This document shows, one piece after another, positions 48,267 to 55,441 of a stretch of 55,441 nt of DNA. The number at the start of each line of letters is the position of its first letter. Within the stretch, counting starts at the first letter, position 1. This DNA is from an uncultured virus (IMG/VR IMGVR_UViG_2841629896_000001) (Duplodnaviria > Heunggongvirae > Uroviricota > Caudoviricetes): IMG/VR virus record IMGVR_UViG_2841629896_000001. One strand, written 5' to 3'. The translations under genes and the position numbers were made by a program. The notes beneath the pieces are model-generated. The model worked only from the letters and a program-made list of their open reading frames with translations. It searched no databases and had not been told where the DNA came from.

Positions 48267-49400
48267 ATGTCGACGATTTATGATTGGTCTTTAAGCGCCT
48301 CCGAGAATGGTGGTGCGGATAATCTGATTAATTGGTCAGAAGGACAACATCCGAACACGGTTAATAATAGTGCGCGTTTTATGATGCAAAGGATACGTGA
48401 ACATTTATTTGATACGGGTGGAATGCTTGAAGGGATTGTTACGGTTGATGATAAACAAAAGACAAGTGCGATACGACTTCAAAGTCCCTCTCATTTTTTA
48501 GAGTATAAGAATGGGATATCGCTTTGTTTTAAAGCAAAGGGTAAGAATGTAGGGGCGACCACGATTGCTTTGAATAATTTAGCCGGCAAGCCCGTTTACA
48601 AGGCAACAGATACTGGTTTATTAGCTTTAACGGGAGGCGAAATTCAAGATGGCAGTCTTTATACCGTTATTTACGATGAAGATATAACCGGTTGGCAAAT
48701 TCTCAATCCCACAAGAGAGAAAGTTTCTTCTTTAAAACGCCTACCGTCTGGTTTTATCGGTCCTTTTGCAATGGAACGCTTGCCGGAAGGCTGGTTAGTC
48801 TGTGATGGGCGTGCTTATTTGCGAAGCAGTTATAGAGCGTTGTTTGAGGCGATAGGAACGACGTGGGGTCAAGGGGATGGTGCTACGACGTTTAATGTTC
48901 CTGATTTTCGAGGGATGTTTTTAAGGGGCATGGACTATGAACGCAATTTAGACCCTTGGCGTTCTTTTGCAAGTCAACAAGGCTGCTCTTTGAAAGCCCA
49001 TGAACATTTTATTGGTCCAGAGTCTTCAGGTGATCATTCTTCTCGAAAAAGACGGGATGTTTCTTCTTCTCAAGCGCCCTTGAGAAGGCGCAAGAGAGCT
49101 ATAGACGAAGAGTGTTTAGGCTTGGATGGGGATGCCTTGGCAAGCTGTAATAAAGAATTTGACCAAATAGCAGGAAGTCCACAGGTAGAGGCTCCCTTTT
49201 GGTTTACCGATAAAGATAAGCCGCCCCGCTTGCCTTGGTTTATCCGGAGCCCCTTTGCGAACTTTTTATATTATTCGACGCCGATCAAAGAGGGCGTCCA
49301 TGACAGAGCGCATCATGAACATCACCTTATGGCAGAGAGTGTTGGTGGCGTTGAGACGCGCCCGGTTAATGTAAGTATCGTTTATGGGATCAAGACATGA
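48267..49400 (+). CDS. Tail fibre with tail-collar domain, copy 3
   Basis: Same framework with a longer variable insert containing polybasic motifs. Confidence 0.9.
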   Translation: MSTIYDWSLSASENGGADNLINWSEGQHPNTVNNSARFMMQRIREHLFDTGGMLEGIVTVDDKQKTSAIRLQSPSHFLEYKNGISLCFKAKGKNVGATTIALNNLAGKPVYKATDTGLLALTGGEIQDGSLYTVIYDEDITGWQILNPTREKVSSLKRLPSGFIGPFAMERLPEGWLVCDGRAYLRSSYRALFEAIGTTWGQGDGATTFNVPDFRGMFLRGMDYERNLDPWRSFASQQGCSLKAHEHFIGPESSGDHSSRKRRDVSSSQAPLRRRKRAIDEECLGLDGDALASCNKEFDQIAGSPQVEAPFWFTDKDKPPRLPWFIRSPFANFLYYSTPIKEGVHDRAHHEHHLMAESVGGVETRPVNVSIVYGIKT

Positions 49401-49409
49401 GGAGTTGAA

Positions 49410-49643
49410 ATGTCATTAAAACCGTTTGCCATATCAGAGCTTAGCGACCCGTCTCAAGTACGGGTTGTTTTGTATTCGGGAGGAGGCTTGGTGCACGCCC
49501 CTCTTCATGGTGTTTTTGATTTACTGAAAACAGCTTTGAAAAGCGAGCTTGATGGTTCGCTGAAAGATTTAGAGCAGCGCTTAGAGTCTTTAAAAGAAGA
49601 GTTTGAAGACTTGAAAGAGTGTTCATTGGATGAAGCCCTCTGA
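49410..49643 (+). CDS. Small coiled-coil phage protein
   Basis: GAGGAG RBS; 77 aa. Confidence 0.7.
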   Translation: MSLKPFAISELSDPSQVRVVLYSGGGLVHAPLHGVFDLLKTALKSELDGSLKDLEQRLESLKEEFEDLKECSLDEAL

Positions 49644-49664
49644 AAGATGTAAGGAGGAAAGCAG

Positions 49665-52600
49665 ATGAAGATACCCGATCATAGTCATGAATATTTGATA
49701 CCGGTAGCAACACAAGAGGAAATCAGAGAAGGGATATCGCAAGATAGTGTTGTTGTTCCGAAGCTTTTAGGAACGGCATCTTTGTATTCGTATGAAACCT
49801 TTGCGCCGTTAGAACAGGTTGTCAATGCAAGGCAAGAGTCTGAAAAAGCCATGGCACGTGCAAATGGAGCGCAACAGGTTGCCGAAGAAGCGAAGAGGGT
49901 GTCGGAGCAAGCGCTTAGCGAAGTTACAAAAACGGGTGAAGCGGTTACAGCAGCAACGACAACGGCTAGTCTTGCGAAAGAGACAGCGGATACAGCGAAG
50001 GGCTTAGCAGAAGAAGCCAAGAATGCTTCTGATGCTGCGAAGCACATGGCAGAAGAGACAAAAGCAGCAGTCGATAGAGCCTCAGGGGAAATCAATAGTA
50101 CGAAAGGTTCATTGGCTACGGCATTACAACGTTTTGAAGAGGTTAAGCAGGTAAGTGAGAATGCCGTTAATATCTCGACCGAAGCCAAGAGGTTAGCTGA
50201 TGAATCGAAGACCATTGCAACCCGTGCAGAACAAACAGCAAGAGAAGCTTCACAAACAGCAACAGAGACGACGCAAGTATCCGCGACGGCGGTAGCAACG
50301 TGTCATGAAGTTAAGACTGTAGCCATGCAAGCCAGTCTTAAGGCGGCTGGCGCCAAACAGACAGCTGATGATGCCAAGGATATGGCGGAAAAGGCAAAAG
50401 GGTTATCGGAACGGGCGACATCTTCTATTACAGAACTTACAAAAACAACGTCACAAGTACAAGCGGCAGTAGAGACAGCATTAACGGATTTAAGGGACGC
50501 CAAGCAGATAGCAGAGGCATCTAAGACACTCTCGGGAGAATCCAAACAGATAGCCGATGACGCCTTGAGAGCGTCGAAAGATGCCAAATCACAATCAGAG
50601 ACAGCGGTAAGGATGTCGGAAGAGGCAAAGAATGCTTGTGATGAAGTTAAAGCCTCCGTTGCATCAGTTGAGAAAGTTGCAGAAACGGTGAAAACAGGTG
50701 TGGAACAAGCTTCGCAAACGGCATCTGAGGCGAAGGGTTTGGCGGAGGAAGTGAAAAGCGCCGTTGATAAGGCGACAGCCAAAGTAGAGCAAGCTGTAAG
50801 AGAGGCTAGCGATGCGCAATCTAAAGCGGACAGCTTAGAGAGATTAGCGAATGAAGCCAACCAAACAGCGCGCTCTTCGAAGAGCGTCTCAGAAGAAGCA
50901 AAAGGTTTAGCAGAAACCGCGAAAAGTACAGCAGATAGAGCAACATTGACAGCCACGCAGGCACAACAAGAGGCGTCTGAAGCGTCTAGAATAGCCAACG
51001 AAGCGAAGGTCACAGCAGAGCAAGCATTGCAAGCGGATAGACAAGCGGTCCGTGAAGGTGGGGAAGCCAGCAAAAGTTTAGCAGAAGCGGTTCAGAAGAA
51101 GTCAGAGGAAGCCGAGAGAGTTGCGCAAGACAGTAAGAGAGTTTGTGAAGAAGCCAAGCAGCTAGCAACAGAAGCCAAAAATGCCTCCACCAATGCGCTT
51201 ACAGAAGCGCGTGATGCGAAAGAGAAAGCGTCTACAGCGCTAACCTCAGTGAATGATGTAAAGAATCTTTGTGAAGAAGTTAAAGGATTAGCAGAAAAAG
51301 CGAGTACGGCATCTACAGAGGCGCAAAAGACATCAGACCAAGCTTTAAGAGAAGCAACCGCTGCGAAAACAACGGCGGATATGGCGTCTAGCACAGCCAA
51401 TAATGCGAAGGGGAGTGCTGAGAAAGCTAAAACATTATCAGAAGAGGCAAAGAAACTTGTTCAGGACAATAAGAATGCTTTTGATGAATCGAATAAAACC
51501 CTTGAAGCAGTTAAAGGATTAGCGGAAACGGCATTATCAACCGCCAATGAAGCCAAGCAGAAGGGGGAGGAGATAAGCCAACAAAGCTCAGAAGCATTAA
51601 TGAAGTCTGGTGAAGCCAAGAACTTAGCAGAGGAAGCGAAAAATTCTGCGGATAGTGCGCAGACAAAATCAGAGCAAGCGCACCAGAGTGCAACCGAAGC
51701 AACGCGAATAGCTTCTGAAGCCAAAGCAGCGGCAGAGGCAGCAGCGCGTTCAGGAGAGAGGTCAGGGCAGGTTGATGCAGAGGCGTTGAAGGGTATAGCT
51801 ACAGCAGCAAAGAGTAAAGCGGAAGCAGCAGAGAAGGTAGCAGAAGAAACGAAAGGTGCTTTGGATGGTGTCAAACAAGTAGCCAATAGTGCGAAGTCTA
51901 TAGCCGAAGAGGCAAAGAAGGTAGCTGATGGTGCACAAAAGAAGGCATCACAGGTAGAGACAGTAGCGGGTGAAGCTGAAAAGATAGCAAAAGAAGCCAA
52001 ACAGACAGCTGGTTATGCTAACCATGAGGCGGCACAAGCGCGCAGTGAGGTAGAAAAGGCAAAAAGTACAGCTCATGAGGGATGGAGTAATGCCAATAAA
52101 GCGCAGGAAGTAGCAAGTGACGCTAAGACTATAGCAAGTTTAGCACGGACATATGCAGACGAAGCCAAGAAGATAGCGGAAAATTCAGGCAACACAGCTC
52201 ATCAAGGGTGGAGTACAGCTAACAACGCGAAGGAAGTAGCCGATAACGCTAAGGCTATAGCAAGTTTAGCGCGGACATATGCAGACGAAGCCAAGAAAAA
52301 AGCGGAAGTAGCAGATTCACAANGGNGAAGTAGACAAAGCCAAGGAAATAGCTGGTAATGCAAAATATATAGCCGAACAAGCACAGAAAGCCGCAGAAAC
52401 AGCGGGTAAAAAAGCAGATTCTTTAGAAACAGAAGCGCGAGAAGCACAAAAAATAGCTAATGAAGCCAAGGAAAAAGCAGGCTACGCTGAACATGATGCG
52501 CGACAAGCCCGTAGTGAGGCAGAATCAGCAAAAAATATAGCTTATAATGCTAGTAGTACAGCTTACAACGCGAAGGAAGTGGCAGATAATGCTAGGACTA

Positions 52601-54150
52601 CAGCAAGCTTAGCGGAAATGGCAGGTGAAGAAGCCAAGAAGATAGCGGAGAAAGCCGATAACCGCGCGTATGAAGCTAAAGGTGAAGTAGGGAAAGCNNN
52701 GNAATTAGCGGAGAGTCCGNAGTCCATAGCCCAANCNNTGCNGAGAGAGGCTGAAGAAGCTAAGAAAACAGCCAATACAGCATGGTCAAAGGCAGATGAG
52801 GCGAATGATGCGGTAAAGGCTATAAAAGATACAGCAGGTTATGCAAAACATGAAGCAGGACAGGCGCGGTCAATAGCAGAAAATGCAGAGAAAATAGCCT
52901 CGTCTGCGGTGAGTAGGGTTATCGATATCAATCAAGTGGTTGAGAATTTTAAAGCCCCCGTAAGTTTAGCGCGGACATATGTAGACGAAGCCAAGAAAAA
53001 AGCCGAAGCAGCAGATTCAAAAGCTTATCAAGCCAAGAGCGAAGCTGATAAAGCCAAGGAAACCGCCGATAGAGCGAAAAGAACAGCCGAAGAAGCCAAA
53101 ACAACCGCCGATACAATGAAGAAAGAGCTTAGTGGTATCAAGAGTTCTCTGGAAACAGCGACAACAGCTCATACAGTAGCCACACAAGCAAAAAATCTCG
53201 CAGAAAAGATAAACACTTTTCTAAAACAGTCTCATTTAACGGTTTTATCAATTTCCACCCCTTTTCTTGTTGCGACAGGCAAAACGCAATTAACCGTGAA
53301 AAAAGGAACCTATCTAACTTTGCCACGAACTCATGATATTTTGGTTGTAAGTTATACGGTAGATGCCAGAATAAGCATGCCGTCTCTTTCTGCGGGCAAG
53401 GATTATTATCTTTATTTGGTACCGGAGGGAGATTCTCATAAAATTGTTGTATCAGAAAACTCTACGTATCCAAACGGTTACAGCGTTAATAATTCGCGCA
53501 AGATAGGAGGGTTTCATACGCTTTGTGCGGATGTTGGTACGATTTCTGGTCACCCCTTGTCTGGTTATAGGGCAGGGGATATTTTACCCAATTCAGTTTG
53601 GTGTTTAAATCACCGCCCTTATAGTTCACCAGAGGGAATGGTCTACGACCCCTCTACAGATCTTTGGGTTGATATTTATCTCCAGTCAGGGACGGGTGAA
53701 AATACCCGCTCTGCGTATAATGTTCCGATCACAACGGGTCGTATCTATACAGACCATGTAGCAGATATGTTGCGTGTCAAGAAAACGTTACTAAGTGATG
53801 TGGAATTTGCATCTGCGATGTCTGGAAGTAATGACAAAACAAGTATTACGGGCAAGAAGGCACCCTCTCCTAAGACTTCAGGAGGTCACGTTGATACAGC
53901 CAATCGTCGTATGATCTCGCATATCGGTTGTGAGGAAGGTTGTGGTTATGTTTGGCAGTTTTTATCGGGCACGTTTCCTATGCAAATAACGAATAGGGGG
54001 CAGGCTAGGCTAGAAATGAGATGGTTATCAGGAGGAGGAGGGTGGAGCCATGGTGTAGATAGCGGATGTTTTGCACGCTCCACCATATCTTCTGCTAGAG
54101 GTAATGAACAATTATGTGCGCGTGGTTGTAGCCGTCCGCGTCATTTTTGA
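49665..54150 (+). CDS. Long Ala-rich coiled-coil tail fibre with an Mtd-like (C-type lectin fold) tip; probably one ~1490-aa gene broken at Ns
   Basis: ORFs 49665-52358 and 52579-54150. The second frame is open back to the Ns at 52323-52326 (EVDKAKEIAGNAK...). The C-terminus matches Mtd motifs. Confidence 0.8.
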
Positions 54151-54160
54151 GGAGGAGAAG

Positions 54161-54490
54161 ATGATAGATTATCCAGAGCACTTAAATACGAAGCAAGATT
54201 ATTTAAACATGCTTTCCTTTGACAAAGTTGAAACAGTAAGAAGACTAGAGACGCTTTTATCAACGCGTTTTTATTGGGTCTTTGTTAAAGAACTCAGTGA
54301 AGGAGAAGAGGGGATAGAAGATGACACGCATAAGGTTTGTCTAACAACAGAAACGCCGGTTGATTTAGACGGTACTTCTATAGCAAAGCGTTGTCAGTAT
54401 GAATTACAGGAAAGTGAATATGCACCGCTCTTTCAACTTGGCTTTCGCGTTGACGAAGTGGAACAATTGATCAAAGAGCACAGCCAATAG
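54161..54490 (+). CDS. Phage hypothetical protein (possible fibre accessory)
   Basis: GAGGAG RBS; MIDYPEHLNTKQDYLN...LFQLGFRVDEVE. Confidence 0.7.
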   Translation: MIDYPEHLNTKQDYLNMLSFDKVETVRRLETLLSTRFYWVFVKELSEGEEGIEDDTHKVCLTTETPVDLDGTSIAKRCQYELQESEYAPLFQLGFRVDEVEQLIKEHSQ

Positions 54491-54516
54491 AAGATCATCA
54501 AAGAAGATTTTAATCC

Positions 54517-54542
54517 AGCCCCAAATCAGTGGGGCTTTTTTT
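54517..54542 (+). terminator. Intrinsic terminator-like hairpin ahead of the lysozyme gene
   Basis: AGCCCCA-aatcag-TGGGGCT followed by TTTTTT. Confidence 0.65.
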
Positions 54543-54554
54543 ATGGAGGATGGG

Positions 54555-55217
54555 ATGAGAAAGATATCCAAAGAAGGTTTGGAGCTAATCAAACAATGGG
54601 AAGGATTACGTTTAGAAGCGTATAGAGATACGGCATGTATCTGGACCATTGGTTATGGTCACACCAGCAATGCTGGTAACCCGCTTGTCAAAAAAGGTAT
54701 GCGTATTACGAAAGAGCGAGCAGAAGCAATTCTTTGTGAAGACTTAAAGCAATTTGAGAAAGCCGTCGAGGAGGCGGTTACGGTTTCGTTAACAGATTGC
54801 CAGTTCGCAGCATTGGTGTCGTTTTGTTATAACGTAGGAACAACAGCCTTTTGCAAGTCGAGTCTTTTGAAAAAACTTAATCAAGGGGATTATGAAGCTG
54901 TTCCCGTTGAATTACAGAAATGGAATAAGGTCGGTGGAAAGCTTCTTGCGGGATTAGCCAACCGTCGAGCAGCGGAAGCCGGTTTGTGGGCGAAAGGGTC
55001 TTATGTTTCTTCAAACTATCAAAGAGTGGAAACGAAAGAGGCAAGAGGACTTTTCAAGGTAGAAGCGCTAGCCCCGATTATAGGGTCTTGTTCAGGATTT
55101 GGGGGATTTTTAGTAGGCAATGGACCGATTCAGTGGGCGTTAGCAGGGATTATGGTTTTAGCCGCTTGTACAGGACTGGTGATTGTCGCCAAGCGTTTTC
55201 GGGAACAGCGCTTATGA
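54555..55217 (+). CDS. Phage lysozyme (GH24 endolysin) with C-terminal hydrophobic helices
   Basis: WEGLRLEAYRD...WTIGYGHT, QFAALVSFCYNVG, GLANRRAAE. Confidence 0.95.
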   Translation: MRKISKEGLELIKQWEGLRLEAYRDTACIWTIGYGHTSNAGNPLVKKGMRITKERAEAILCEDLKQFEKAVEEAVTVSLTDCQFAALVSFCYNVGTTAFCKSSLLKKLNQGDYEAVPVELQKWNKVGGKLLAGLANRRAAEAGLWAKGSYVSSNYQRVETKEARGLFKVEALAPIIGSCSGFGGFLVGNGPIQWALAGIMVLAACTGLVIVAKRFREQRL

Positions 55218-55441
55218 TTTTTGGGTTCAAAAGAAATCTGTCTCTTCTGTTAGCGGCTTTAGCCGTTTTTTTAATGGCATTAGCCAAAGCCTTTCATCTT
55301 GGCAAGAAAAGCGAGCAGCAAAAGCAAACAGAGCGCGCTTTAAAGACAGCAACAACCCGTTTTGAGGTGGAAAATGAAGTTAATCAAAAAACTGATGCTG
55401 GTGTGCGCTCTGCTTTGTCTCGTTGGATGCGGGGCAAATAG
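55214..55441 (+). CDS. Small membrane-anchored lysis-cassette protein (spanin/holin-like)
   Basis: ATG overlaps the lysozyme stop; N-terminal TM then coiled coil; 75 aa. Confidence 0.6.
   Translation: MIFGFKRNLSLLLAALAVFLMALAKAFHLGKKSEQQKQTERALKTATTRFEVENEVNQKTDAGVRSALSRWMRGK

Larger units (their letters stand above)
1..55441. mobile_element. Temperate prophage with podovirus-like virion genes; ends not visible in the window; interrupted by a nested element at ~8.75-29.9 kb
   Basis: Lambdoid order: antirepressor, CI/Cro, RuvC, replication, ssb, then terS, terL, portal, scaffold, capsid, tail/ejection genes, fibres, lysozyme. No tape-measure or sheath gene seen. Confidence 0.95.

Noticed and set aside
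52320..52579. Two separate fibre genes or a programmed frameshift
   Set aside because: The frame change falls exactly at ambiguous bases, no slippery sequence is evident, and the second frame continues the same repeat pattern; most likely an assembly artefact.
49685..52775. Ala/Ser-rich minus-strand ORFs
   Set aside because: Antisense shadows of the Ala/Glu/Lys coiled-coil fibre gene.
1..55441. CRISPR array or cas genes
   Set aside because: No run of equal repeats with unique equal-length spacers was seen, and no Cas motifs appear in the ORFs.
53900..55441. Complete diversity-generating retroelement at the Mtd-like fibre
   Set aside because: No template repeat, Avd or reverse transcriptase ORF was found in the window.
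31128..55441. Bartonella gene transfer agent (BaGTA) cluster
   Set aside because: The structural genes are linked to their own CI/Cro, replication and ssb genes once the nested element is removed, which fits a prophage. Not verified by search.

Overview
AT-rich alphaproteobacterial DNA whose gene families and style point to Bartonella (inferred, not searched). The window is mostly one temperate prophage with a podovirus-type virion. Its left part (1-8.75 kb) holds an antirepressor, a CI/Cro switch, RuvC, YdaU-type replication genes, LbetaH genes and ssb. Its right part (29.9-55.4 kb) holds terminase, portal, N4-gp56-type capsid, ejection proteins, three tail-collar fibres, a ~1490-aa coiled-coil fibre with an Mtd-like tip, and lysozyme. 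The prophage is split by a ~21.1-kb nested, satellite-like integrative element bounded by the direct repeat ATCACGTGCAAA (8746-8757 and 29885-29896). Removing the element rejoins, in frame, a 187-aa gene at the position of a late-gene activator/antiterminator. The element carries a four-gene LbetaH array, a Type ISP restriction-modification enzyme between ~195-bp inverted repeats, a decayed primase/DUF3987 module, a toxin-antitoxin pair, two copies of an AlpA-integrase module, and a 5'-truncated FhaB/CdiA toxin whose putative immunity lipoprotein is frameshifted at a G9 tract. Prophage and element each have a C4/CI-like cloverleaf antisense RNA upstream of their LbetaH genes; the RNA loops and their flanking target sites co-vary between the two copies. 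All family assignments come from motif recognition, with no database searches. The sequence contains Ns, so some frameshifts may be assembly errors.
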